NCBI GenBank assembly: GCA_965224085.1 | Contig: CBDCYI010000005.1 | Span: forward strand, 288,001 to 352,000 | DNA: 64,000 bases | Reading direction: 5' to 3' | Source of the DNA: Candidatus Marinacidobacterales bacterium | GTDB lineage: Bacteria; Acidobacteriota; Vicinamibacteria; Marinacidobacterales; SMYC01 | Made by a program: the position numbers and the translations under genes | Part shown: positions 50,639 through 62,400 of the stretch, piece after piece | How positions within the stretch are numbered: the stretch's first letter is position 1 | Layout: every line of letters begins with the position of its first letter | The notes under the pieces: model-generated | What the model saw: only the letters and a program-made list of their open reading frames with translations | The model's database searches: none | What the model was told of the DNA's origin: nothing

Positions 50639-53600
50639 ATGAGTGGTGCAAGAGTATTTTTCTGCTGCTTGAACCTGGCTCTAGTGGTGGCGGTCGGCCT
50701 GCTATGCAGCCCGAACCGGGCTCAGGCACAGCTCGTTGATGAAACTATTCTCGACAACCTTTTGTTGCGCTCCATCGGCCCCGCCGTCATGGGCGGACGC
50801 ATCCATGACCTGGCCGTGGTGGAAGATCGTCCCTGGATCTTCTACATCGGTTCGGCTTCGGGAGGACTTTGGAAGACCACCAACAACGGAACCACCTGGG
50901 ATCCAGTCTTTGACGATCAGGGGACTTCCTCGATCGGCGACCTCGCTCTCGCGCCTTCCGATCCCGAGATTGTCTGGGTGGGTACTGGAGAGCCCAATAA
51001 CCGGCAAAGCTCGAGTTTCGGCGACGGGGTCTATAAGTCGACGGATGGCGGGAAGACCTGGAAGCACGTCGGCCTGCGCGACACCCATCACGTCGGACGC
51101 ATCGTGATCCATCCCCAGGATCCCGACACCGTTTACGTCGCCGCTCTGGGACACCTGTGGGGACCCAACGAGGAGCGGGGCCTTTTCAAGACGACTGACG
51201 GGGGAAACACCTGGGAAAAGATCTTATATATCGATGAAGACACCGGAGTCGTCAACGTAGCCATGGACCCGGTGAATCCCCGGATTCTCTACGCCGCCGC
51301 GTACCAGCGACGGAGGACACCCTGGGGATTCAGTGGAGGGGGGCCGGGAAGCGGCCTCTACAAGAGCTCCGACGGCGGGAAGACATGGAAGAAGTTGACC
51401 GAGGGCATTCCTGATGGCCCGACAGGCAGAATCGGTATCGATGTCTATCGCAGCGATCCCCGAATCCTCTATGCGCTGATAGAAAACCGTGAGGGAGGGG
51501 TTTTCCGATCGGAGGACCGGGGCGAAAGCTGGAAGAGGGTCAATGAGCTCAACCCCAGGCCCATGTACTACAGCCAGATATGGATTGATCCGAGCGACTC
51601 CCGGCACGTTTACGTGCTGGGCGGGCCCTTTTATGTTTCCGACGACGACGGGACGACGTTCGAGCAAAACACTGCCATGACGCCCACGTACGGTGTGGGA
51701 GTGCACGGCGACCACCATGTGCTGTGGATCGACCCCGCCAACGCCGAGCATCTTATCCTGGGGGGTGACGGCGGTCTCTACTTCTCCTGGGACAGGAGCC
51801 GCACCTGGGACAAGGTAAACAATTTGCCCATAGCCCAGTTCTACGCAGTGGGCGTCGACATGCAGAAGCCTTACTTCATCTACGGCGGCGCTCAAGATAC
51901 TCACTCCTGGGGAGGGCCGAGTGCTACCCGGCACCACATTGGAATCATTAACTCCGACTGGGTTCAAATTGGCTGTTGCGACGGCATGTACCAGCGGGTA
52001 GACCCCACCGATCCTAATATCATCTACACCGAGTCACAGGGAGGAGACATCGTTCGCCTCAACCGTAAGACCGGGGATCGGAAAGATATCAAACCGCACC
52101 CCGGGGACGGCGAGTCGGAGTATCGGTTTCACTGGACTTCCCCCATCCTCATTTCCCCTCATGACCCGAAGACCGTCTATCTGGGCGGAAATCGGCTCTT
52201 CATCTCGAAGGACCGGGGAGAAACTTGGACGGCCACGGAGGATTTAACCCGGGCAGAGGAACGAGACAAGCTTCCCATCATGGGGGTAGTTCCCGACGAG
52301 ACCACGCTCTCGCGGCATGACGGGGTGGCGGCCTGGGGTACCATCACCACTGTGGCCGAGTCTCCGCTGACTCCCGGCTTACTTTACGTGGGCACTGATG
52401 ATGGCATTGTCCATGTGTCGCGGGATGGGGGTCGAACCTGGACTAGCCTGCAGGATAGGTTCGCCGGCGTGAATGAAGAAAGAGCTACGGTGAGCCGCGT
52501 CGTAGCCTCGCATGCCGAGCCGGGTAGAGGCTACGTCACATTCGACCGTCACCAGCTGGATGACTTCTCCCCTTATGTCTTTACCACCGACAACTACGGG
52601 AACACCTGGAAGTCCATTGCCGGAAATCTGCCTCGGGTAGGTTGGGTTAATGTTCTCGCCGAGCATCCTCGAAACCCCAATCTTCTCTTCGTCGGTACGG
52701 AGACGGGGCTCTTCGTATCGCTGGATCGGGGCAACCGGTGGATTCGGCTTACAGGTAACTTCCCGACCGTCCCGGTAGATGATCTCGTGATTCATCCCCG
52801 GGACAACGACCTCGTGGTGGGCACTCACGGCCGTTCCATCTACATCCTGGACGACCTCGCGCCGCTCGAACAGCTGAGTGAAGAGGTGCTGGCTTCGGAG
52901 GTCCACTTGTTTGACATCCGCCCCGCCATGGAGTTCGTGCTCTGGAAGCATGAAAGCTACGGGGGCCAGCAGCAGTTCATCGGGGCCAACCCGCCTTTCG
53001 GCGCAATCATCTCTTACTACCTGAAGTCGGAACCAGCGGGAGACATCGAGCTTTCCATTGTCGACAGGAGCGGAAAGGCCCTTCGTGAGATCTCCGGGAC
53101 AAAGCATTCGGGGGTAAATCGGGTGAGCTGGGACCTACGCCTTGCTGGCCCGGAACGGGCATTCTGGTTGACGTCGCCTGCTCCTGAAGGCGTTGAACAG
53201 GCGGGTGGCCCCCTTGTCCCCCCGGGACGCTACACGGTTCGGCTTAAGTTAGGTGAAAAGGAGCTGGCCAAACCGCTCGAGGTGGAGGCTGACCCACTCT
53301 TTCCGGTCCCGGAAGAAGAGCAAGTTGCGCGCTACGAATTCCTCGTCACCGTGAACGGCTTACGCCAGACGATCCAGGAGGCCATCGATTCGACAGAGGC
53401 AATTTCAAAACAGGTCCAAAGCCTTCTCGAGGGCACGGAGGGCAACCCTGAGGCACCGGAGGCTGTGATTTCAGCGGCTCGAACCATTGCCGAGGAATCG
53501 GAAAAGATCCGGCGCGCACTTGCGGGCCCGCGGGGTGATGGTACAGGAGCGTTCTTCGACAGACAGAGCCTGCGCTCGCGAGCAAGTCGGCTCTTCACAA

Positions 53601-53836
53601 ACCTTGATGGTCGCGTCTTCACTCCCTTCGGGCGAAACGCTGTCCGTCAGGGTACGCTGAGTGGGCCGACGCTCGTTCAGCGGGAGCGGCTGGCGTCGCT
53701 CACCCGGCAGCTGGACGAGCAGCTGGAGTCCCTGAACCGGCTTAGCCAAACCACGGTTTCGGATCTAGACCGCCAGATGAACGAGGCAAACCTGCCCCAT
53801 ATCAAGGTGGGTGCACCGGTGCGCAGGCCGCGTTAG
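50639..53836 (+). CDS. VPS10/BNR-repeat glycosyl-hydrolase-like protein, paralog A2
   Basis: Near-identical to 39880-43041; duplicated block 50587-53899 corresponds to 39828-43096. Confidence 0.92.
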   Translation: MSGARVFFCCLNLALVVAVGLLCSPNRAQAQLVDETILDNLLLRSIGPAVMGGRIHDLAVVEDRPWIFYIGSASGGLWKTTNNGTTWDPVFDDQGTSSIGDLALAPSDPEIVWVGTGEPNNRQSSSFGDGVYKSTDGGKTWKHVGLRDTHHVGRIVIHPQDPDTVYVAALGHLWGPNEERGLFKTTDGGNTWEKILYIDEDTGVVNVAMDPVNPRILYAAAYQRRRTPWGFSGGGPGSGLYKSSDGGKTWKKLTEGIPDGPTGRIGIDVYRSDPRILYALIENREGGVFRSEDRGESWKRVNELNPRPMYYSQIWIDPSDSRHVYVLGGPFYVSDDDGTTFEQNTAMTPTYGVGVHGDHHVLWIDPANAEHLILGGDGGLYFSWDRSRTWDKVNNLPIAQFYAVGVDMQKPYFIYGGAQDTHSWGGPSATRHHIGIINSDWVQIGCCDGMYQRVDPTDPNIIYTESQGGDIVRLNRKTGDRKDIKPHPGDGESEYRFHWTSPILISPHDPKTVYLGGNRLFISKDRGETWTATEDLTRAEERDKLPIMGVVPDETTLSRHDGVAAWGTITTVAESPLTPGLLYVGTDDGIVHVSRDGGRTWTSLQDRFAGVNEERATVSRVVASHAEPGRGYVTFDRHQLDDFSPYVFTTDNYGNTWKSIAGNLPRVGWVNVLAEHPRNPNLLFVGTETGLFVSLDRGNRWIRLTGNFPTVPVDDLVIHPRDNDLVVGTHGRSIYILDDLAPLEQLSEEVLASEVHLFDIRPAMEFVLWKHESYGGQQQFIGANPPFGAIISYYLKSEPAGDIELSIVDRSGKALREISGTKHSGVNRVSWDLRLAGPERAFWLTSPAPEGVEQAGGPLVPPGRYTVRLKLGEKELAKPLEVEADPLFPVPEEEQVARYEFLVTVNGLRQTIQEAIDSTEAISKQVQSLLEGTEGNPEAPEAVISAARTIAEESEKIRRALAGPRGDGTGAFFDRQSLRSRASRLFTNLDGRVFTPFGRNAVRQGTLSGPTLVQRERLASLTRQLDEQLESLNRLSQTTVSDLDRQMNEANLPHIKVGAPVRRPR

Positions 53837-53959
53837 CTTCGCCATCGATCGGTAACATGCTCCGCGACGTCGCCGAAACCTTCGTGTACTTCCGCTGACA
53901 GCAAAGGGGCCAGCCTCACAAAAGGGCGTGGGTCGCCGGTTGCCGAGGCTGGCCCCAAA

Positions 53960-54186
53960 GGTCAAGGCCGTATCGATGTCGGTGATGATCCGATTTGCCG
54001 GATTTCGGGGATAGACGGCGAAGTAGATCTTGCCGGCCACCTTCTCGTAGCCACCAGCCAAGCCGAACTCTCTTCCCGAAAGGACATCCGCGCGCGCGGT
54101 GACCTCCACCTTGACCACTTCCGAGTGAGCCGTGCCGGAAACCAGGCAAGACCACAGATAACCCACAGTCTGGTGTGTCGCAGCAT
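53960..54186 (-). pseudogene. N-terminal stub of a secreted alpha/beta-hydrolase-domain protein
   Basis: GGAGG RBS, signal peptide, frameshift, then EVVKVEVTARADV..FGLAGGYEKVAGKIYFAV.P.NPANRIITDID; truncated. Confidence 0.6.
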
Positions 54187-54298
54187 GGTATCCTCCCAGG
54201 GAAACGGTTTCGTGCCCCGTCCACTTTCCCGGGCTCAGAATGTTTTCCAAAAAACGGCTTGACCAACATTAGAATCCTATCTTTTGAAGGAGGCTCTC

Positions 54299-56404
54299 AT
54301 GAAGAGGATGCGAGTTCGGCGAGGAAGGAGGCCGTTAATGCTCGAGTATAGGGTTGCCGTTTCTTCCGGCGCTTGCCTTGTCGTGGTGGGCTTGGCCCTT
54401 TCACTGTCCCCGCCGGTTCTGGGCCAAAATGAAACGGAAAGCTGGATCCCGGAGCTGGCTCTGAAAGTCAGACGGGTCAGTGACGTTCGCGTGTCGCCTG
54501 ACGGCCAACGGGTCGCTTTCGTGGTGGCACGGGCGGTGATGGAAGGGGAGACGAGCGAGTGGCTGTCGCATATCCATGTGGCGGTGGCGGACGGGTCCGA
54601 GTCTTTCCAGCTGACTCGAGGAGAAAAGTCGGCGACCTCGCAACGCTGGTCACCGAACGGAAAGTGGATTGCCTACCTCTCTTCCCGTGGTGGGAAGCCA
54701 AACCTGTGGCGAATCCGTGTGGATGGAGGGGAGGCCGAGCAGCTAACCGACGAAAAGGGGGGGATCGTCGGCTTTGCCTGGTCGCCGGACGGCTCGCAGA
54801 TCGCGTTTCAAATGCCCGAGCCGGAGAGCGAAGAAAAAGAAAAGGCAAAGAAGGAAAAGCGCGACGCCCGAGTTGTCGATGAAGACTTGAAGATGGTCGA
54901 CCTCTACGCCGTGCCGGTGGAGAAGGGGGCCGACGGCAAGCGGGTGGTGCGGAAGCTCACCCGCGGGGAGTTTAGCGTGGGCGGCCCCTTGGGCGCGCAT
55001 AACACCGGCCCACCGAGCTGGTCTCCCGACGGCAAGTCCATCGCCTTTGCACGTCAAACAACTCCCAAGGTGAACGACTGGCCTCAGGCGGACATCTCGG
55101 TGGTCGACCTAGGGTCTGGCGAGATCCGCACCCTCGTAGCGACCGAAGCGGCCGAAAACCGACCGGTGTTTTCTCCAGATGGGCAGTGGATCGCCTACGC
55201 CGCCAGCGACGTACCACCAACTTGGGGGCTTACTTCGCGGGTGCACGTCGTGCCAGCGTCAGGCGGAAACTCAAGAGCACTGGCCACAAGCCATGACCAA
55301 CGGGCCCGGATCGTCGGCTGGTCCGAGGACGGCGGGCGCATTCTCATCTCCGAGGTCCACCGGACCGTAGAACAAATGCGCGCACTTCCTCTCGACGGTG
55401 GGGCCCCGGTGGCTATCACTCCCGCCGATCTCATGGTCGGCGGCCCGGTCCTCAATGCGAAAGCTACCCACGTCGGCTTTGTCTCGCAGTCTTTCGATTC
55501 GGCACCCGAGGCTTTCGTGAGCCGCGTCGACCCCTTTGCTCCAAAACAAGTGAGCCAGGTGCAGGACTTGCCCGATCTACCCCTGGGCAAAACCGAGGTC
55601 ATCCAGTGGAAGTCGACGGACGGCAAATCCATTGAAGGGCTGCTCACCTATCCGGTCGGTTACGAGTCGGGTACGAGAGTGCCCTTGCTCGTTGTCGTAC
55701 ACGGAGGGCCGTCGGGCGTTTTCGTTCGACGTTTCATTGCCCAAGGCGGAGCCTCGCCAGCCTATCCCATTGCCACTTTCGCCGCGCGGGGATACGCGGT
55801 TTTACGCTGCAACGTAAGAGGCAGCAGTGGGTACGGCCGCGATTTCCGCTACGCCAACTACCAGGACTGGGGTGGCGGGGATTACCGCGACATCATGAGC
55901 GGAGTGGATCACGTGATTCAAATGAAGGTGGGCGATCCGGATCGGCTGGGCGTCATGGGCTGGAGCTACGGCGGCTTCATGACGTCCTGGATCATCACCC
56001 AGACGGACCGTTTTAAAGCCGCGTCGGTGGGGGCTGGTGTTACCAACCTCATGTCCTTTACCGGCACCACGGAGATCCCCGGATTCATCCCCGACTATTT
56101 TGGAGGGGAGTACTGGGATGTCTTCGAACGTTGGCGCTCTCATTCCGCGATGTTTAACGTCAAGGGGGCCTCGACGCCGACTCTGATTCAACACGGCGAG
56201 CGAGACGCCCGGGTCCCTATCTCGCAAGGGTACGAGCTCTATAACGCGCTGAAGCGGCAGGGTGTTCCGGTGAAAATGGTGGTTTATCCCCGCCAGCCAC
56301 ACGGCATTCGAGAGCCGAAGCTCCAGCTCGACGCGATGAAACGAAACCTGGAGTGGTTCGCGCGCTGGATCCCGGCGGGCACCCGCACCACGTCAGGACA
56401 ATGA
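54299..56404 (+). CDS. S9 family (acylaminoacyl/prolyl oligo-) peptidase, secreted
   Basis: WSPDG propeller, VHGGP, GWSYGG nucleophile, HGERDARVP, PRQPHG; start 54299 or 54338. Confidence 0.93.
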   Translation: MKRMRVRRGRRPLMLEYRVAVSSGACLVVVGLALSLSPPVLGQNETESWIPELALKVRRVSDVRVSPDGQRVAFVVARAVMEGETSEWLSHIHVAVADGSESFQLTRGEKSATSQRWSPNGKWIAYLSSRGGKPNLWRIRVDGGEAEQLTDEKGGIVGFAWSPDGSQIAFQMPEPESEEKEKAKKEKRDARVVDEDLKMVDLYAVPVEKGADGKRVVRKLTRGEFSVGGPLGAHNTGPPSWSPDGKSIAFARQTTPKVNDWPQADISVVDLGSGEIRTLVATEAAENRPVFSPDGQWIAYAASDVPPTWGLTSRVHVVPASGGNSRALATSHDQRARIVGWSEDGGRILISEVHRTVEQMRALPLDGGAPVAITPADLMVGGPVLNAKATHVGFVSQSFDSAPEAFVSRVDPFAPKQVSQVQDLPDLPLGKTEVIQWKSTDGKSIEGLLTYPVGYESGTRVPLLVVVHGGPSGVFVRRFIAQGGASPAYPIATFAARGYAVLRCNVRGSSGYGRDFRYANYQDWGGGDYRDIMSGVDHVIQMKVGDPDRLGVMGWSYGGFMTSWIITQTDRFKAASVGAGVTNLMSFTGTTEIPGFIPDYFGGEYWDVFERWRSHSAMFNVKGASTPTLIQHGERDARVPISQGYELYNALKRQGVPVKMVVYPRQPHGIREPKLQLDAMKRNLEWFARWIPAGTRTTSGQ

Positions 56405-56656
56405 GGCGGGGCCATAACTATTCTGACCGGCGCGAGGTGCTTTTGAAGACAAGATTTAAATCCGAGTAGTCTTCTGATAGCAAGCGCTTCGTTTCGGTGA
56501 AGGAAGATCTGCGCCGGCGGACCTCGAAGAGGTCAAGCTGGGTTGCCCGACAGAAGCGAGGAAAGTTCGACGGCCCAGAGGGCCGTTAGCGCCAGTTCTC
56601 GAGCCGTAGCCCTCGAAGGGAGGAAGATTTCGGTTCTGGGCCGCTATTAGCGAGCC

Positions 56657-57550
56657 GCTCGTCGCCGAAGCCACGACTTCCGTATGCCGGGCTCGGCAGT
56701 TCCACTTATGGGCCCAGAAGCGTAATCAATTGGACTCGCTCGTCGGCGCGATTTAGCGTTAACACCTGGTGTGGCGAAGGTGCCCAAAGAAAGAGCCACC
56801 CGCCCCCGAGGAGGGTGTCGCTAATCGGAGTCGCCGTCGCCATCGATCTGCGATTTCTTTCGCTCGTTAGGGTTAGGTGCCACATGATAACAATATCGAA
56901 TCACATGAGTCATGCCATCCTTCTGGCAGGCCTTTTGTCGGCTCCGCTTTGGGCACAGCCGGAGAAGCGCCCGATGACACTCGTCGATCTCCTGGAAGTT
57001 CCAAGTTTGCGCGACCCCCAGCTTTCTCCCGACGGCCGTCACTTGCTCTTCGTTCTGGCCGAGCCCGATTGGGAGATCAACGGGCGGGTGAGACATATCT
57101 GGCGTGCCGATCTGAAGGGCGGCGCTTCTACCCAGATGACGAACGGGTCCGGCGGTGAGTGGAGTCCGCGTTGGTCGCCCGACGGAAAGTCCGTCGCTTT
57201 TCTAGCGCAGCGCGGCCCATCCCAGTCCCCTCAGATCTACCTGATGAACCCTGGAGGGGGCGAGGCCCGGCAGCTAAGTAACCATGTGGCGGCACGTCCG
57301 GTCGAAGACGCTCACTTTCCGCCTCTGTCCGAAATCCACTGGTCGCCGGACGGTGACTGGATCTACTTCGCGGCCTTCGATCCTCCCTCGCGGGAAGAGG
57401 AGCAGCGAGAGAAGAGCAAAGATGACGTCTACGCCTTCAACGAGAACTACGAGCAGAGACATGTTTGGAAGATCTCACCTGCCGACGGTGTCGAACACCG
57501 CATCACCAAGGGGGATTTCTCGGTTCTCGGCTACGCCCTGGCTCGCAACG
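56657..57550 (+). repeat. Duplicated block (S9 upstream region + 5' gene), second copy 63086-64000
   Basis: Long near-identical stretches including ~230 bp of upstream DNA. Confidence 0.9.
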
Positions 57551-58998
57551 GAAAAAAGGTGACTCTCCATCGAGCGCCGAACCCCCTTTGGGATTACACC
57601 AATCGGGGCGAGGTTTGGGTGATGAACGCCGACGGAACCGAGCCTGTCCAGCTCACCCGCAACAACGTTCCCGAAGCTCCCAATTCTTCTGGAGGTTTCG
57701 GGGCGAGGCTTTCTCCTGACAACCGACGGGTTCTCTTCTTGACGAAGTCGAACGAGAAGTTCGAGTTCCAGTACAAGGCGAGTATCTTCGTGGTGCCGGC
57801 GAGCGGCGGCGCGGCTGAACTCCTGCTCCCCGACCTCCCCTATGAGGTGAAACAAGCGAGCTGGTCCATGGAGGGAGACGCGATCTATTTCGTGGCAAAC
57901 ATGGGGGTTCACAGCGAGCTGTTCCGGCTCGAGCTCTCAACGCAAAAGGTCCACCAGCTCACCGATGGAAAGCACAGGGTTCACACCTGGAACTACCAGC
58001 CATCGGCCGACCTCCACGTTTTTGCCATCGACCAGCCCGGGAATCCCGGAGACTTCTGGGTGCTTCCCGCCCTCGGGGCAGGAACTCCTACTCGGGTAAC
58101 GAAGCGCTTTGACTATCTGACACAGGACTTCGAGCTACCTCGCCAGGAGATGACCGCGTGGAAGGGTGTCGACGGAGTACGCATTGAGGGGATGCTTCAC
58201 TATCCGCTGAATTACGAGGCCGGAAAGCGATATCCCCTTGTCATGCAGCTCCATGGCGGCATGGGCAGCTCGAACCAGTACGGTTTCGGTGGATGGCGCG
58301 ATTTTATTGCGATGTTGGCGGCCCAGGGCTACGCGGTCCTGGAGCCAAACTATCGAGGCAGTGGTGGTTACGGTAGCGAGTTCGAGCGCGACATCATGGG
58401 GCACTTCTTCAACAACTCACATCTCGACGTCATGGCTGGCGCCGACCATGTGATCGAGATGGGCATCGCCGACAGCGATCGAATGGTGGTGAGGGGCTGG
58501 AGCAGTGGCGGGTACCTCACCAACAAAATCATCACCTTCACGGACCGTTTCAAGGCGGCTTCCTCCGGGGCGAGCGCCGTCAACTGGATCTCCTTTTACT
58601 CCCAGAGCGACCTTCGCTTTTTTCGCACCGCGTACTTCGGAGGCACCCCGTGGCAGAAGGATGCGCCCGCCGATTTCTACTGGGAGCAATCTCCCCTCAG
58701 CCAGATTGCGAATGTCACCACGCCGACGCTGGTTCTGGTAGGAGAGGAGGATGTGCGGGTGCCAGCTCCTCAGTCGGTCGAGCTGTATCGAGCGCTCAAG
58801 TCCAACGGCGTTCCGACGCGCCTTTACATGGCCCCTCGAGAAGGACACGGATGGAGAGAGCTGCGCCATCAACTGTTCAAGATGAACGCGGAGTTGGATT
58901 GGTTCGAGAAATACGCGATGGGCCGCGACTATACATGGGAAAGGGCGCCCGTCGAAACCAGGGATGACGAGAAAGGAAAGGGTTCCATAAAGCCCTAG
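56884..58998 (+). CDS. S9 family peptidase, secreted
   Basis: LHGG, GWSSGG nucleophile, GEEDVRVP, PREGHG. Confidence 0.92.
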   Translation: MITISNHMSHAILLAGLLSAPLWAQPEKRPMTLVDLLEVPSLRDPQLSPDGRHLLFVLAEPDWEINGRVRHIWRADLKGGASTQMTNGSGGEWSPRWSPDGKSVAFLAQRGPSQSPQIYLMNPGGGEARQLSNHVAARPVEDAHFPPLSEIHWSPDGDWIYFAAFDPPSREEEQREKSKDDVYAFNENYEQRHVWKISPADGVEHRITKGDFSVLGYALARNGKKVTLHRAPNPLWDYTNRGEVWVMNADGTEPVQLTRNNVPEAPNSSGGFGARLSPDNRRVLFLTKSNEKFEFQYKASIFVVPASGGAAELLLPDLPYEVKQASWSMEGDAIYFVANMGVHSELFRLELSTQKVHQLTDGKHRVHTWNYQPSADLHVFAIDQPGNPGDFWVLPALGAGTPTRVTKRFDYLTQDFELPRQEMTAWKGVDGVRIEGMLHYPLNYEAGKRYPLVMQLHGGMGSSNQYGFGGWRDFIAMLAAQGYAVLEPNYRGSGGYGSEFERDIMGHFFNNSHLDVMAGADHVIEMGIADSDRMVVRGWSSGGYLTNKIITFTDRFKAASSGASAVNWISFYSQSDLRFFRTAYFGGTPWQKDAPADFYWEQSPLSQIANVTTPTLVLVGEEDVRVPAPQSVELYRALKSNGVPTRLYMAPREGHGWRELRHQLFKMNAELDWFEKYAMGRDYTWERAPVETRDDEKGKGSIKP

Positions 58999-59427
58999 GC
59001 AGCAGAGAAAGGATTCGAAATGAAAGCGAAGCTGGTCTGGAGCACTTTTCTTACGTCGATCTCCCTGGTACGTCAAGTATGAGCCAAGGTGTTAAATGAT
59101 TCCGCGTGGGACTTATGGCTTGAAAACAATTATTGATTTGCCTCAGGCGAGCATCCAGATACACTGCCTGGCAGGCCTAATGTCACGGTGCGCGGCAGAT
59201 ATCTGGTGCCCCTTCGGCACGATCATCCTTTCGCGGCTCCTCGGCTCGCTGCTATGTTCAACTGGGAGTAACGCGGCCACCCCCGGAGTCGCTGCCGCAC
59301 ATTTCTGCGTAGTAGGTGGAGGAGGATGCGTCGCTGGCCGGAGCTGCCAGGTTCGTGCGACGCACCACCTAGCCGCTGTCTGATTGTCTGAACGTCACCT
59401 AAACGTCACTACCGAGAGGAGGGCGCC

Positions 59428-62400
59428 ATGAGAAGGTTTTCCACGGTCCGTGTGGTACTGGTATCAGCCTTGTGTCTGACGGTCACTGTCGTATGCGGTT
59501 GTTCGCCGGAGTCCGGCGGTGGCCGCTCGGGCGCCGCCCGTGCGGTCGACTATCCCAGCGTGGATGCGAGCTTCCTGACCGCGCTGGAGTGGCGTTCGCT
59601 CGGTCCGCACAGGGGGGGCCGGTCGATAGCGGTCGCAGGAGATCCACAGGATCCCCTCGTCTTCTACTTCGGGTCGACACATGGCGGGGTCTGGAAGACC
59701 ACTGATGCGGGCATCACCTGGCGGAACGTGTCCGACGGTTTCTTCAAGACGGCGCCCGTGGGGGCGATCGATGTGTCGCTGTCGAACTCCGCCGTTGTGT
59801 ACGTCGGCATGGGCGAATCGCTAATGCGACAGAACCTGACACCCGGTGACGGGGTCTACAAGTCGACCGACGGCGGACGGACGTGGACCCACGTAGGGCT
59901 CAAAGAAACCCGCCACATTGCGAAGGTCCAGATTCATCCTACGAATCCGAACATCGTATATGTGGCGGCGGCGGGCGATGTCTTCGGGACCAATCCCGAG
60001 CGGGGTGTCTATCGCACCAAGGACGGCGGCAAGACCTGGGAGCAGGTCCTGTACAAGAGCGAGCAGGCGAGCGCGCTCGACCTCTCGATGGATCCGACGA
60101 ATCCCAATGTGCTCTACGCGTCGCTCAATCAGTTGCAACGTCTTCCGTGGGACCAGATCAGCGGGGGGCCGGACAGCGGCCTCTACAAGACGACCGACGG
60201 CGGTGAGACCTGGACGGACATTACTCGCAATCCGGGCTTGCCGCAGGGGGTCGTCGGGAAGATCGGCGTCGCGGTCTCGCCGGCGCATCCGAGCCGCGTT
60301 TGGGCGATCATCGAGGCGGACGACGGCGCCTTGTTCCGCTCGGACGACAGCGGACAGACCTGGCGGCGGATCAACGAGAGACGCGATTTCCGACGCAACG
60401 CCCCGTCGTACATGCACGTGGTCGCCGACACACGAGACCCGGACACGGTGTATCTCCCCTCCTACCGGTTCTGGAAATCGACGGATGGCGGCGAGACCTT
60501 CAACCAGGTGCCGACGGCGCACGGCGATAACCACGCGCTCTGGATCGATCCGCGGAACCCGCAGCGGATGATCGAGGGGAACGATGGCGGCGCCACCGTG
60601 ACGCTGAACGGCGGCGCGACGTGGTCGACGATACACAATCAACCCACGGCCGAACTGTTCGGCCTCGCCATCGACGATCAGGTGCCCTACCGGCTCTACG
60701 CGGCCCAGAACGACAACTCGCACGTCTCAGTGCCGAGCCGGACCAACGGTGCTGCCATCCCCTTCGAGGCGATTCCTGGTGGCGAGGGCGGGCAGACGGC
60801 CGTCAAGCCCGACGGCAGCGTCGTGTACGCCGCCGACCGGACGGCCATTGCGCGCTACGACCGACGGACGGGACAGGCGCGGAACATCAGCGTTTGGCCG
60901 GACGACCAGTTCACGCTTCCGCCCAAGGACGTGAAGTACCGCTTCTTCTACAACTTCCCTATCCTGCTGTCGCCTCACGATCCGAACGTTCTATACACCG
61001 CCGGCAGCTACGTCTTTCGAACGACCGATGAGGGAGACTCGTGGGAGCCCATCAGTCCCGACATCACGACCAACCGGTTGGATAAGATGCAGACGCCCCG
61101 GGGCCGCCCCCTCACAACGTCGTCGTCCTCGCTGTACTGGGTCAGCGTGGCGCATGCCCTTGCGGAGTCACCGCTCGAACAAGGCGAGCTGTGGGTCGGC
61201 ACGGACGACAGCATGGTTCATATGACAAAAAACGGCGGGGAGACCTGGAACGACGTCTCGCCTGAGGACCTGCCCGAGTGGACACGGTTCAGCACCATCG
61301 AGGTGTCTCCGCACGATCGCGGCACAGCATATCTGGCGGCTAACCGCTACAAGGTCAGCGACCGGACTCCCTACCTCTACAAGACCACGGACTACGGTCG
61401 GACGTGGGAAAAGATCACGAACGGAATTCGCGACGAGGATTTCGTGAGGGTGATTCGCGAGGATCCGGTTCGTCCGGGACTGTTGTATGCCGGGACGGAT
61501 ACAGGCGTGTACGTGTCCTTCGACGCGGGTTCGTCCTGGCAGTCGCTTCAGCGCAACCTGCCTGCGGTTCCGGTCTACTACATGCTCGTCAAGAACAACG
61601 ATCTGGTCCTCGCGACGGCCGGCCGGGGCTTCTGGATCATGGACAACGTGACCGCTCTGCGTCAGATCAATCCGGAGGTCACAACCGCCTCGGCGCATCT
61701 GTTCGACGTCGCGCCCACCCATCGCTACCTACCCGTGCGAGCCCTGTCTCCGATGCGCCCGTTTCGTCCTGGCATCCAGTTCGCCCGCGACCGAAACGAT
61801 ATCGTCGTGTTCGAGGATCGGCGAGGTCCCGACGGCCGGGTGAAGCGGTTCTTCCTCAACGCGGGTGAGAACCCGCCAGGCGGCGTGATGATTGATTACT
61901 ACCTTAAGCAACCGCCGTCGGGCGACGTGACGCTCACGATCGTGGACGCGAAGGGCGAGGAGATTCGGCGATTCTCGAGTCAGGCGGAGGACAATCTGTG
62001 GATGCCGGCCGAGGCAGGGATGAGCCGGTTCGTCTGGGACATGCGCTACCCCAACGCACGCGAGCTACCCCCCGAGGGTGGGCTCGTGGGGGCGGAATAT
62101 CCGCGTGCACAGGCACCCACCGCGCTGCCGGGCCGCTACGTTGCACGGCTGTCGGTTCAGGGGCAGGAGTACGAACGGCCGTTCGAGATCCGCAAAGATC
62201 CGCGGGTCACCGCGACCGACGCGGATCTCGAGGCACAGTTTGAGCTCATGATGCAGATACGAGACCGCCTGACGGAAGTAACCGACGCGGTGGAACAGCT
62301 CCGCGAGGCGCTCGGCCAATTGGAAGAACGGGAGGGCGCCGCCAGTGGTGATACAGCGGTGGCTACGGCCAAGGACAAGCTCCGCGCGATCGAGGGCGCT

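Noticed and set aside
39880-53836. Diversity-generating retroelement as the source of VPS10 variation
   Set aside because: There is no reverse transcriptase or template repeat in the window. Differences are not adenine-specific, include indels and are spread over several patches.
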